A stretch of 64,000 nucleotides of DNA from Octopus sinensis (taxonomy: Eukaryota): contig NC_043021.1 of NCBI RefSeq assembly GCF_006345805.1, positions 16,554,001 through 16,618,000 of the forward strand, in the 5' to 3' direction. The notes beneath the pieces were generated by a model that made no database searches, had not been told where the DNA came from, and was given only the letters and a program-made list of their open reading frames with translations. Each line of letters begins with the position of its first letter. Within the stretch, counting starts at the first letter, position 1. A program made the translations under genes and the position numbers. This document shows, in pieces, positions 1 to 12,902 of the stretch.

Positions 1-959
1 ATGAAAGGCAAAGTCGACCTCGGCAAAATTTGAACTCAGAATATAAAGATGGACAAAATGCCGCTAAGTATTTTGTCTGGCATACTAACAATTCTGTCAG
101 CCTGCCGCCTTGCTACACACAATAATATCAATGATAGTAAGTGTTGTTGTTGTTGTTATTATTATTATCATTAAGGTGGCAACCTGGCAGAATCATTAGC
201 ATGCTGGGCGAAATGCTTAATGGTACTTTGTCTGCTGCTACGTTCTGAGTTCAAATTCCGCCGAGGTCGACTTTGCCTTTCATTCTTTCGAGGTCGATTA
301 AATAAGTACCAGTTACACACTGGTGTCGATGTAATCATCTTAATCCATTTGTTTGTCCTCTCTGTACTTAGCCCCTTGTGGGTAGTAAAGAAATAGGTAT
401 TTCGTCTGTCTTTACTTTCTGAGATCAAATTCCGCCAAAGTCGACTTTGCCCTCCAACCTTTCGGGGTCGATTAAATAAGTACCATAAGTACCAGTTATG
501 CACTGGAGTTGATGTAATCGACTTAATCCCCTCTCCCAGGCTGCCGTTGTGGCAAAATTTGAAATCATTATTATTATTATTAGTAGTAGTAGTATTATTA
601 TTATTATTATCATTAAGGCAGTGAGTTGACAAATATCAGCTTGCCAGACAAAATGCTTAGTGGCATTTTGTCTGTTTATACATTCTGAGTTCAACTTTGG
701 CCTTGATACAATGAGTATTGGCTGAGCAAGCACCAGGCTCCGGGTAATTATCAGGCCTTGTGCCTATGGTAGAGAGGGTTATTGTTATTATGACCATCAT
801 CAAAATTATTCTTTGTACATGGAGTGTGGGTGTGGAAGAGCACTGGAAGCCAAAGGTAAATGGTAATTAATTGATAAATTACAAAGTTCCTTCTTGTATT
901 ACTGTTGTTGTTAGCATGTGAAAACTCAGTAATGTTATTTTATTACATACATGTGTGCA

Positions 960-969
960 TATTTGTGTG

Positions 970-1006
<37 letters not shown>

Positions 1007-1362
1007 AGCACACACACGCATGCATGCACAAAAATGTATATATATGCATAAAGCATATACAAAAATAATACACATATGAAAACCCATAGAAACACTCAAA
1101 TACACACATATACATACATATATATATATACACACACACACACACATATATACACACAAAAATGCATATATACACACATACACATATACATACAAAAATG
1201 CATATATACACACATACACATATACATACAAAAATGCATATATACACACATACACATATACATACAAAAATGCATATATATATATATATACATACATATA
1301 TATACACACAAAAATGCATATATATATATATATATATATATACATACATACACACACAAAAA

Positions 1363-1398
<36 letters not shown>

Positions 1399-1490
1399 CA
1401 CACACAAAAATGCATATATATACATACACACACACTCATAAAAACTTTACATGTATATACGCACATATACATACATACATGCATACAGAC
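960..1490 (+). repeat. Compound (TA)/(CA) microsatellite with a recurring CAAAAATGCATATATA unit
   Basis: Direct reading. Confidence 0.9.
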
Positions 1491-2489
1491 ATGTACGTAT
1501 ACTTTTGCTGCACGATTATGCAGAGTTTGGTTGAGATTTGTACAGATGAAATAAGAAAAATATGAAAGGCACTTGGAATATTTGGTCGGGTGTTGTATTT
1601 GGAAGGATGCCCTAGAAAACAGTTTGGTGCCAAGTACAATAACTATCAAACAGACAGACACACACAGTCACCATTAATTCTACTCAACTACTACTACTAC
1701 TACATTACATCTAGCAGAAGTAGTAAGTATCCAGTGGCAGTAACACTGTGTCACTGTGCCACACACCCGCCCAGCCAATGATATTTTTTTTTTGTAAATA
1801 TATATATATTTACTCTTTTCTCTTTTACTTGTTTCAGTCATTTGACTGCGGCCATGCTGGAGCACCGCCTTTAGTCGAGCAAATCGACCCCGGGACTTAT
1901 TCTTTGTAAGCCCAGTACTTATTCTATCGGTCTCTTTTGCCGAACCGCTAAGTGACGGGGACGTAAACACACCAGCATCGGTTGTCAAGCAATGCTAGAG
2001 GGACAAACACAGACACACAAACATATACATACATACATACATATACATATATACGACAGGCTTCTTTCAGTTTCCGTCTACCAAATCCACTCACAAGGCA
2101 TTGGTCGGCCCGAGGCTATAGCAGAAGACACTTGCCCAAGATGTCACGCAGTGGGACTGAACCCGGAACCATGTGGTTGGTTAGCAAGCTACTTACCACA
2201 CAGCCACTCCTGCGCCTATATATATATAAACTGTGGCAAATTAATTGTTAGTTTTATTTTCTTTTGCTTTCGTGTTTGTTTTCCACACCTCCTTCACAGT
2301 ACATTGAAGTTCGGAGCGATTTTTCCTCCTTGCTCTATCTCAAAGCAAACACGCATGCATGCCCGCACGCTTGCACACCCATACATAGACACACTCACAC
2401 AAACACACACACACACACCACTGGCAAGATTCTGGTCTGTCTTTTGTTTGAGGAGTCGACCGATTTACCTCCTCTTGCTTGCTGCCCTT

Positions 2490-2860
2490 TCATTCGCTGC
2501 TGTTAATGGAACCGCTCTCAAACCTGTTCCTCCTCGAATCCCTCGTCGACTTGGAAACGGGGTAGGCCTTACTGAAGTTGAAGCAGTGGGCAACAACGAT
2601 GAAAACGACGGTGAAGAAAGCAAGGAAAACAGCCATGGCAAAGAAGTAATAGTCAAGATGGTTGGCTTCAGTGACACGGCCATGCTGGTCACACTTCCGT
2701 ATGTTGATGTCGCCAAAGTCTTCACCAAAGAACAGAGTTCCTTTCAGAGCTTGTATTATACCAATGCTGACAAGACTGCCAATACCGGAGAAAAACAAGA
2801 AAAGGCCCATGATTATTCCTTTCATTGATGTTGGTGCCATGGAATAGGCAAATTCCAGAC
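2490..2860 (-). CDS. SLC15A4: SLC15A4-like terminal coding exon 8 (GLEFAYSMAPTSMKGIIMGLFLFFSGIGS...HLDYYFFAMAVF...SINSSE*)
   Basis: Acceptor tgtcttttggcag, phase 1. LEFAYS.AP.SM motif. TGA at 2492-2490. Confidence 0.93.
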
Positions 2861-2934
2861 CTGCCAAAAGACAAAGTAAAAAATTGGAATTAAAAATTAT
2901 TATTATTTCATATTATTATTTCAATAGAACTATA

Positions 2935-3099
2935 GGCGCAGGAGTGGCTGTGTGGTAAGTAGCTTGCTAACCAGCCACATGGTTCCGGGTTCAGTCCCAC
3001 TGCGTGGCATCTTGGGCAAGTGTCTTCTGCTATAGCCCCGGGCCGACCAATGCCTTGTGAGTGGATTTGGTAGACGGAAACTGAAAGAAGCCTGTCGTA

Positions 3100-3133
<34 letters not shown>

Positions 3134-3347
3134 AGTGTGTGTGTATATGTTTGTATTTGTCCCCCTAGCATTGCTTGACAACCGATGCTGGTGTGTTTAC
3201 GTCCCCGTCACTTAGCGGTTCGGCAAAAGAGACCGATAGAATAAGTACTGGGCTTACAAAGAATAAGTCCCGGGGTCGATTTGCTCGACTGGAGGTGGTG
3301 CTCCAGCATGGCCGCAGTCAAATGACTGAAACAAGTAAAAGAGTAAA
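2935..3347 (+). mobile_element. SINE family A (tRNA-like head, CORE-like CCTTGGGCAAG segment, internal (TA/TG)n, (AGTAAAAG)n tail). Other copies, approximate: 1810-2216(-), 6178-6572(-), 7581-7970(+), 11295-11696(-), 20035-20470(+), 25320-25712(-), 26818-27208(-), 29209-29611(-), 30313-30718(-), 33068-33468(+), 46578-47029(-), 50661-51065(+), 54120-54543(-), 63667-64000(+)
   Basis: Many near-identical ~400-bp copies with A-box TGGCTGTGTGG and B-box-like GGTTCAGTCC. These may correspond to described octopus tRNA-derived SINEs (not verified). Confidence 0.88.
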
Positions 3348-3658
3348 GATATGTACACTGCAACATAATTTCTTTTCCTCAACAGGCCCTGCCCTATTTA
3401 ACATTGTCCCGAAAGAGATCAAAGAGGAAAAGGATCCCATCAACTTTAAACGGAGTCTGAATAGATTCTTTCAAGGAATACCGGATAAGCCACCCATAAT
3501 TGGATACAACTCACCCAACAAAAACTCACTACTTGAATGGACCATAAACAAAACTTGACTTAAACAGGATTCAAATAATCCTATCAGGTGGTGCTATTAA
3601 GTTAGACATGGCCTGGACCAATCTTTGGTCGAAACATATCTAAGTTTATCTAAGTTTT
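3347..3658 (+). mobile_element. CR1-like LINE 3' end (ORF end, terminal stem-loop GACCA/TGGTC, ATCTAAGTTT tail repeats)
   Basis: NFFSSTGPALFNIVPKEIK...FKRSLNRFFQGIPDKP...NSLLEW resembles CR1-clade C-termini. Confidence 0.7.
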
Positions 3659-4196
3659 ATGCACAACAGTTAGATTGGTGGATAAGGAAAACCCTAACAT
3701 CGGGCTACAACAAGTAACCTTAGATGCCAAGAACCCTCCTAAGTATCCTAGCTTACCCTTAATGTAGTTCTCAAGGAGATTCAGTGTGACACAGAGTGTG
3801 ACAAGGCTGGTCCTTTGATTTACAGGTACTACTACTTAATTTTTGCCAGCTGAGTGGAGTGGAGCAACATGAAATAAAGTGTCTTGCTCAAGGACACAGT
3901 GTGTCACCAGGAATTGAACTCACGATTTTGTGATCATGAGCCGAATACCTCTGACCATTAAGCCAGAAACCACTTGGTAAAAAAAAACAAACATCTTAAC
4001 CAAAGAACCATGCCTGCACCTGAATGGGGTTCTCTCAGCATGCACCTGTTCGGTCAGAGAATGGGAGTTGGAGGAGGGCATCTGGAACTGTGTGGTTGGG
4101 AAGCAATTTTCTTTCCACAATGCCATGCCTCAAGAAAACCATCATGTGATTTTGTTCTTCAGAAAGAAATTAGGTACACAAAGAAAAACATGTATA

Positions 4197-4700
4197 TCTA
4201 TATATATAAAACTCTAGTTGTGTGAGTGTCTGTCCCCTTCGATTTAGATTCCTAACTCCTCCCACATTTTGCGGTGCAGTTTAACCAAATTCGGGTATCT
4301 TATAGTCGTGATTCATATCGAGCCCGTCTGACTATTAGCGCGCGTCAACGATGAGTCTACGATTTTAAAAATAATTTAACATCATTTTTTTATTCCATTT
4401 TAATGCATAAAATGCATCGTATGTCAATGGCGGCAGAGTTGGCGTCCACGCTCACAGCTGCACCTGTTTGCTTCTCCCCCTTCCCTCCCTCGTGAAGCTG
4501 TGGGGAAGGGAGTGTAAAGAAATCAACGTCGTAATGCGTTGTGAAGGAAACCAGCATTCTTTTAGAACGACTTCATGGCTTGAAGACACCAAAACAAAAA
4601 TGGCTAAGAAAGCCCGAATTTATAAGGGAAGTAACTCTCTAAAAATGCTTATATAGTTATTTCCCTTACAAACCCGAGCAACGCCGGGCGATACTGCTAG
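4197..4700 (+). mobile_element. Non-autonomous Helitron, complete termini
   Basis: A|TC 5' end, CCCG...CGGG hairpin at 4673-4688, 3' CTAG|T. Confidence 0.85.
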
Positions 4701-5413
4701 TATAAATTTTAAAAAAACAAAACAAAATGTTCTGAGGTTAATAAATGCTACGTGAGAATATTCTGACTGTATTTATAGATCCTTGCAGTGCAAGTTTCTA
4801 GAACTTTCTTGTGACTGATGAAGTGGCAGGAAATACTAAGTGGTTTCCTGCGTACAGTCCCATACTTTCACCTCATAAGTTCAAATCCCACCAAGTCTGT
4901 ACATGTTCCTTGAATTTGAGGCCTTGTACCCAATTTGCATATCATTTGGCAGGATTGTTATACCTTACTGAGTTTCTTCCAGTTCTTTATGTTCTGAGTT
5001 CAAATCCCACCAAAGTCGACATTGCATTTTATCCTTTCAAGGTCAATAAATTAAGTACCAGTAAATTCTTGGGTTAATGGTACCAACTAACCCCTCCTTG
5101 CAAAATTGCTGGCCTTGTACCTAAATTTGAAACCATTATTATGGAGTAGCAGTATTGGCAGAGTGATAGATAAAATGCCATATAATAATAATAATAATAA
5201 TAATCCTTTCTACAGGAAGCACAAGGCCTCAAATTTGGGGGAAGGGATTAAGTTGATTACATTGATCCCAGTATGTAACTGGTACTTATTTAATCGACCC
5301 CGAAAGGATGAAAGGCAAAGTCGACCTCGGTGGAATTTGAACTCAGAACGTAGCAGCAGATGAAATTGTATTAAAAAATTGCTAAAATATTTTGTTATAT
5401 TGAGGAATTTTAA

Positions 5414-5884
5414 CCCTTTCGTTACCACCCCAGCCAGAACCAGCCCGGGCTCTGTAGTACAAATGTCTTGTCTTCATAAGTTTTGGATTAAAATCTTCCA
5501 CCAAACCTTAGTCACAATTTATGTTCCTAACACTAGCTTAATGATAACTAAGTTACTTTACTAAATTCTTTGTTATATTTAAAGTAATTGAAAGAAAGAG
5601 AGCATCTCAACAGAAATATGGTAACAAAAGGGCTAAAATATGTAATAGAGAAACAATTCTTAACCCTTTCGATACCAACCCAGCTGAAACCAGCTCTGGC
5701 TCTGTAGTACAAATGTCTTAGTTTCAAAAGTTCTGTATTAAAATCTTCCACCAAACCCTAGTCACAATTTATGTTCGTAACACTAACTTAATGATAACTA
5801 AGTCATTTTACTAAATTCTTTGTTATATTTAAAGTAATTGTAAGAAACACAGAACATCACAAAATAAATACAGTAACAAAAGGG
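5414..5884. mobile_element. Two adjacent piggyBac-like MITEs (5414-5632 and 5664-5884)
   Basis: TTAA|CCCTTTCG(T/A)TACC...GTAACAAAAGGG|(T/C)TAA termini; the two copies align. A partial copy ends at about 10986. Confidence 0.8.
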
Positions 5885-6035
5885 TTAACCAATTTATTGC
5901 AGAAAAACTTTAGCAGCAAAATCTAATATGGACTCTCCTGCCTCCCTTGCCAAGGTGTCATATGGACCCTAGATTGAGAATCACTAGTTCAGAACATAAT
6001 GGAATTAATGGAAAAATTAGAAGTTTGTTTCTTAC

Positions 6036-6134
6036 CTGCAACACTCGCAAAGACTTCACTGATTCCAAGAAAGGCGTATTGTGGAACTTGGTAGAAGATG
6101 CTCATGTCTGCAGCATAGAATTGATCGTGTTGCC
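6036..6134 (-). CDS. SLC15A4: SLC15A4-like coding exon 7 ([34 protein letters not shown])
   Basis: Read manually. Acceptor accattccag, donor GTAAGA. 99 nt, phase 1 to 1. Matches AADLS.WWQVPQY..IG.SE.FAS.AG. Confidence 0.92.
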
Positions 6135-8792
6135 CTGGAATGGTACAGATGACATATATAAATATTCTTTTATTCTTTTACTTTACTTACTTTTACTTGT
6201 TTCAGTCATTTGACTGCGGCCATGCTGGAGCACCGCCTTTAATCGAGCAACTCGACTCCGTGACTTATTCTTTTGTAAGCCCAGTACTTATTCTATCGGT
6301 CTCTTTTGCTGAACCGCTAAGTAACGGGGACATAAACACACCAGCATCAGTTGTCAAGCAATGCTAGGGGGACAAACACAGACACACAAACACACACACG
6401 CATATATATATATACGACAGGCTTCTTTCAGTTTCCGTCTACCAAATCCACTCACAAGGCATTGGTCGGCCCGGGGCTATAGTAGAAGACACTTGCCCAA
6501 GATACCATGCAGTGGGACTGAACCTGGAACCATGTGGTTGGTTAGCAAGCTACTTACCACACAGCCACTCCTGCTTGTTTCAGTCATTTGACTGTGGCTA
6601 TGCTGGAGCACTGCCTAAAAGGATTTTTAGTTGAAGAAATTGATCCCAGGACTTATTCTTTGTAAGCCTAGTACTTTATTGGTCACTTTTGCTGAACCAC
6701 TAAGTTACAGGGATATAAACACACCAGCATCGGTTGTCAAGCGAGGACAGTGGGGACAAACACAGACACAGACTTCTTTCAGTTTCTGTCCACCAAATCC
6801 ACTCAAGGCTTTGGTCAGCCTGAGGCTATAGTAGAAGATGCTTGCCCAAGGTGCCACGTAGTGGGACTGAACCCGGAACCATGTGGTTGGGAAGCAAGCT
6901 TCTTACCACACAGTCATGCCGGTAGATCTTCCAGTATCCTTGTGCTTTCAAAGACAAGTGGTGTGAAAACTTGGTTGCTTGGAAAACAGATATGGGTTAG
7001 TGAGAGGAAGGGCAACCAGCTGTAAATATGCATTTGACGAACCTCTTCTATTACCACAAGGTCCAGTCCTTGTTGTAGTGTGGCAACTTGTGCGTCTCAA
7101 TGACCCTCAGAGTTACACCAGAACAGTGCAAGTTCCCAGTAAGGCCTCCCAAGTTGGACAGATCAAAGGACAGGAGGCTAGACTATGAACCCATCTACCA
7201 CGGGGTCAAGATGGGTTTGTGTAGGACCACCAACATCCCTGATGAGGGTTACAATGACGAGGGTTCCAGCTGATCTGATCAACAGAACAGCCTACTCATG
7301 AAATTAATGTGCATGTGGCTGAGCCCTCCACACACATGCATACCCCTTAATGTTGTTCTCAGCATGACACAGAGTGTGACAAGGCTGGCCCTTTGAATTA
7401 CAGGTACTATTCATTTTTGCCAGCTGACTGGACTGGAGCAGTGTGAAATAAAGTGTCTTGCTCAAGGACACAATGCATCACCAGGAATTGAACTCACAAC
7501 CTTATGGTCATAAGCCAAACATCCTAACTACTAACCAACACCTCTAACTAGAAAAAAAAAAAAAAAGCAATGTTACAGAAGCGCAGGAGTGGCTGTGTGG
7601 TAAGTAGCTTGTTTACCAACCGCATGGTTCCGGGTTCAGTCCCACTGCGTGGCACCTTGGGCAAGTGTCTTCTACTATAGCCTCGGGCCGACCAATGCCT
7701 TGTGAGTGGATTTGGTAGACGGAAACTGAAAGAAGCCTGTCGTATATATGTATATGTATGTGTGTGTTTGTCCCCCTAGCATTGCTTGACAACCGATGCT
7801 GGTGTGTTTACGTCCCCGTTACTTAGCGGTTCGGCAAAAGAGACCGATAGAATAAGTACTGGGCTTACAAAGAATAATTCCCGGGGTCGATTTGCTCGAC
7901 TAAAGGCGGTGCTCCAGCATGGCCGCAGTCAAATGACTGAAACAAGTAAAAGAGTAAAAGAGTAAAGAGTAAGCGTTGTTGACAATTCAAAATCTACAAC
8001 ATTTGGGAGAGGATGGCTTACCTCCAAGGGCAAGATGAGAGAGGGGCCCCTGACAGCCCAGAAAAGTCGTTGTAAGCCTTTGCTTCATTGGGAGCGAAGG
8101 GCTTAAATAAGCCTGAGAAACAGATATAAAAAGGAACAAAGAGTATCCTGAAAACTGGGTGCTTGTCTAGAATATTGTTGGAGAGGGATCAAGGTCCAGG
8201 GAGCTTTCACTCAGTACAGGTATGAGGAGACAAAGACCATCGATGCAAGTCATAAACGCCGGCTGCATAGTTTCTGCGTTACCACATGGTTTGAGAGTGA
8301 TGTTAATTGGCGAGCTGGCAGAAACGTTAGCACGCCGGATGAAATGCTTAGCGGTATTTCGTCTGTCGTTACGTTGTGAGTTCAAATTCCGCCGAGGTTG
8401 ACTGTGCCTTTCATCCTTTCGGGGTCGATAAATTAAGTACCAGTTCCACACTGGGGTCGATGTAATCGACTTAATACCTATGTCTGTCCTTGTTTGTCCC
8501 CTCTGTGTTTAGCCCCTTGTGGGTAATAAAGAAATAGTTAATTACAGGCAAGGGACATAACTGACAAATATGTTGGGTGTTGAGAACAAGATGTGGCAGC
8601 TGCTGGAGTCTGATGATGAACAAAATAATAAACCATTTTTCAAGAATTGAAATTACTAACCTCAAACCACACCGAAACTACAGTTTCTTTTTTTTTGTTT
8701 TTTTAATTAACAAATCTGTTTGTATTGTTTGGAGATTATTGTGTGTAATTAAAATAAGCACATGGTCTCTTTCTGCCTGTCTTTCTCTCTCA

Positions 8793-8832
<40 letters not shown>

Positions 8833-9579
8833 ATACATTAAAATATTTCCACTTAATAAAAAAGCGTGGATGTATAAGAAGTTTGCTTCCCAGCCACATG
8901 GTTCTGGGTTCAGTCCCACTGCTTGGCACTTTGGGCTAACCAAAGATTTGTGAGTAGATTTGGTACATGGAAACTGAAAAAAGTCCATCACACACACACA
9001 CAAATGTGTGTGTGTGTGATGGACTTTTTTCAGTTTCCAAATGTGTGTGTGTGTGTGTGTTGTCTCTCCCATCCCAAACTGAAAACCAGTGTTGGTGTGT
9101 TTATGTCCCTGTAACTCAGTTTGGAAAAAGAAACTGATAGAATAAATACAAGGCTTAAAATATAATTACTGGGGTTGATTTGTTTGGCTAAAATTCACTG
9201 CCTCCATCTTCAGGGGAGAATTTTACATTTGAGGTATTGACAGGATGGAGTTTAAAGATGGAATAATTACGTACACATACACATACATATAATAATATGC
9301 ACATTTATATACAGAGAAAAATGTATGCATATAAAGAAATCTGTCTTACACAGAATGTAAATGGTAACAGGAATTAAAAGATTGAATTTTACAAGTCCAA
9401 CAGCTGTTTCTAGGGGCTCGTTGGTCTGGAATAATGATAGTAACTTAATTCCATCATCTGGTAATACTGCTTCCATCTTCAGGGGAGAATTTTACATTTG
9501 AGGTATTGACAGGATGGAGTCTAAAGATGGAATAATTATGTACACACACATATACACAGAGAAAAAGATGTTCACTTAC

Positions 9580-9840
9580 CCAGGTTGCCAATAGTCTGCT
9601 CAATAATGTGACACTTGCACTGGTTGTCAGGGTCATAGTAGACAGTTGTAGCCGAAATAATTCCACCACACCAGCAGCAACCATTGCAAGGACTGCGAAT
9701 ATCATACCAGTGGTGATGCGTTGAGTCAATGTGAATGAATAACCCACGGAATCAAACCAAGGATAGATGACTTTTTCCATGAGAGGCAAGATCAGGAATA
9801 TGAGGAGAACATCACAGAGGGACAGCCAGGCTACGGCTAC
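9580..9840 (-). CDS. SLC15A4: SLC15A4-like coding exon 6 (VAVAWLSLCDVLLIFLILPLMEKVIYPW...GVVELFRL / YYDPDNQCKCHIIEQTIGNL); contains an apparent 1-nt deletion
   Basis: Acceptor tttccaacag, donor GTAAGT. 261 nt as given, but exon 7 needs phase 1 (262 nt). The conserved IEQTIGN lies in a shifted frame. Confidence 0.88.
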
Positions 9841-11073
9841 CTGTTGGAAAGGTGAAATATGGGGGTTTAGAATATTATCATTACTCTGTGGAGTATATTG
9901 ATGAGAGAGAGAAGTGGAGAGAAAGATAGGAGTGGAGGGAGAGAGAGAAAAAGTGAGATAAAGGGAGAGAGGCAGATTGAGATGGAGGGGGAGAAGGGGA
10001 GGAAGATATAGAGAGAAGCAGAGATAAAGAGGGAAAGAGAAGCAGAGAGGAGAAAGAGAGAGAGAGAGAAACAGAGAGACAAACAAACAGACAGAGACAG
10101 AGGTCAAAATGTGATCACTTGAACTGCTAGAAACTGCAGCTAAGAAACAAAGTGATAGGAGAGGAGTAACAGAAGAGGAAGTGCAAGTGTGATGGAGAAA
10201 ACAGTGATAGGAGAGAGAGAGAGAGCGCTATATATTGGTTTCATATTAAGATCTAGGTAAGATCTAGCATTGGGCCTCATGGAGGCAAAGTAGCCGAGCT
10301 CCTTTTGAGTGTTGGGCCTCACGGAGGCAATAACCGAGACCTTTGCCATATGCTTGAGAAGAAGACCCATCAAGTTGAGCAAAATCACAGTCGTGGCAGA
10401 TACTGGTGACATGCAAATGGCATCTGTGCCTGTGGTACGTAAAAGCACCCATTACACTCTCAGAGTGGTTGGCATTAGGAAGGGCATCCAACCATAGAAA
10501 ACCATGCCTGGATCCTGACGCAGCCTTCCAGTGTGCCAGCCTAGTCAAACCGTCCAGCCCATGCCAGCATGGACAACGAACGTTAAATGATGATAATGAT
10601 GATGTAATGAATAAATAAATGCGCCCTTTTAAAGCCTAGCCAGGCTCATGGGCCCGGTTTCCTGGTTTCTATGGCGTAGGTGTTCCCCAGCTAGACGGGA
10701 CGCCAGTCCATTACAGCATTACTCATTTTTGCCAGATGAGTGGACTGAAGCAACGTGAAATGAAGTGTTTTGCTCAAGAACACAATGCATCGCCCACTCC
10801 AGGAATCGAAACCACAATCTTACGATCATGATGTTGGCACCCTAACCACTAAGCCATGCGCCTCCACTAATGATGATATACCGTATAAATAATGACAAAG
10901 TTAATTTTTCTAAAGGTTTCGTTATTTTCAAAATTAATTGAAACAAGGACTGTATTTCAACAGAAATATTGTGACAAAAGGGTTAATTATTTAACGAACT
11001 TAGAGACAGAGAAGCATTAACGCAGTAAATGTGATACAATAAAAATAAGATGGAGAAAATTAATTACACTAAC

Positions 11074-11196
11074 CTTTGGATAATTAACTTCTGTTGCTTG
11101 TGTGCAATTATAGTTTTTATTTTGTAACACTGTCTCAGTGCCATTTTGCATTGAAAGTCTCATGTGCAGCCCCTGCACTAAAAACGTTGTCTCCAT
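11074..11196 (-). CDS. SLC15A4: SLC15A4-like coding exon 5 (METTFLVQGLHMRLSMQNGTETVLQNKNYNCTQATEVNYPK)
   Basis: Read manually. Polypyrimidine acceptor tttcctcttttag, donor GTTAGT. 123 nt, phase 0 to 0. Matches MQTTYVLQSLHL of vertebrate SLC15A4. Confidence 0.9.
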
Positions 11197-12705
11197 CTAA
11201 AAGAGGAAAGGAAAAAGAAAAAAGAAAATAACAGAAAAATCAGAGTTTGCAAAAATAAACAAAAAAAAAATGCAAGCTTTATATCCAACTTAATACTCTT
11301 TTACTTGTTTCAGTCATTTGACTGCGGCCATGCTGGAGCACCACCTTTAGCCGAGCAAATCGACACCGGGACTTATTCTTTGTAAGCCCAGTACTTATTC
11401 TATCGGTCTCTTTTTGCCGAACCGCTAAGTGACATAAACACACCAGCATCGGTTGTCAAGCAATGCTAGGGAGACAAACAGACACACAAACACATACACA
11501 CACACACAAATATATAAATATATACATATATACAACAGGCTTCTTTCAGTTTCCGTCTACCAAATCCACTCACAAGGCATTGGTCGGCCCGGGGCTATAG
11601 CAGAAGACACTTGCCCAAGATACCACGCAATGGGACTGAACCAGGAACCATGTGGTTGGTTAGCAAGCTACTTACCACACAGCCACTCCTGCACCTGTGG
11701 ATGTTTTTTTTAGAATGCCAAACCCTGCAGAATTAGGCTTGAGAGGACCCCTCATATGGATGCATAGTGCATAAAAGCAGACATATTTATTGCTTTACAG
11801 ATAAAAGATGCAAATAGGTGATGCATTCACCATCATTGGCACCATTGCCGGTATAAGAACTGTTGTAGCTAGGGGGGGGAGAAGACAAAAGTAGAACAGA
11901 CTGTGTTAATGTACAAGTGGTTGTTTAGTGTTTGAAAGTTTTCCAATCAATGGGATGGCCATATGAGGTGGGATAAAGACTACTTGTGTGTGTGTATAGC
12001 AGCTGCTCTGTCTTATATAGTGAGCAGTGCTCTTATGATGGATCAAATTGTGCCTTGCATAGGAGCAGCCACTGTTCAAAGCTGAAACAGTTCTTGGTCC
12101 TAAAGAGATGCCTTAGTCTTTGATTCTCATCTGAAGTTGGTACCATATTTGCCAAAAGCTTAGACTCAGTCCTCCACTTCATATCTCCAATCACTTTCTA
12201 ATAAATTTAAATTTATCAAAATTCAAGTTCAGGCTAAGAGTTTCCTCCCTTGTTCCTCTTGACCAGAGCTGTCATTAACACAAATAATTTTTGTTTCTCA
12301 TTATGGATGCCATTTCAGTTGTTTTAAAAAATATTTTGGACATACTATATTAAATTAGTCTGTACTTTACTCTATGTTCTTCATGCAGGCAGCATCCCTG
12401 GGAATTTTCTTTTATCTGTTTTATTCAGAAGAGAAGTGAAGTGCTCATAATATTCTACAGGGTCACCAAGAGGGACAGAGGAAGGAAATCTCCAAACCAG
12501 AGACCTAGTCTGTTGTTGCTGATGTTGTTTAGCCTCAGATCATTCCAAGTCGTCCCTGGTCCAACAGAAGACTGTCTTTTTCTCTTTTTGAAGCACAATA
12601 TATCCAAGATTATACCATGCAATGTCCCTGGTTTTTAAAGACAATAGGATGTGATTTGAAGGAGATTTGGCTGATGTTTCTAGTCAATTGAATAACCATC
12701 AAAAT

Positions 12706-12902
12706 CAGTGGTTCTCAACTGCAGTTCCCAGGGCCGCATGTGGCCCTCAAGCATCTTTCTGGCGGCCCCTGATGGTCTTCCTTCAATAGAGATAATAAAT
12801 TTTTCTTTAACTGATGTAGGTTTTGCTTTTCTTGCTGCAGACCCCTAAAACATCCCATATTTTGAATCTGGCCCAGATGTTAGAAAGGAATGAGAACCAC
12901 TG
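12706..12902. mobile_element. hAT-like MITE
   Basis: TIRs CAGTGGTTCTCA / TGAGAACCACTG. The TSD is not preserved. Confidence 0.65.

Noticed and set aside
879-1661. Long YI/CV/HT-rich ORFs (also at 30111-30364, 44544-45297, 51360-51832, 52992-53474 and 42690-43461)
   Set aside because: They are translations of microsatellites and low-complexity DNA.
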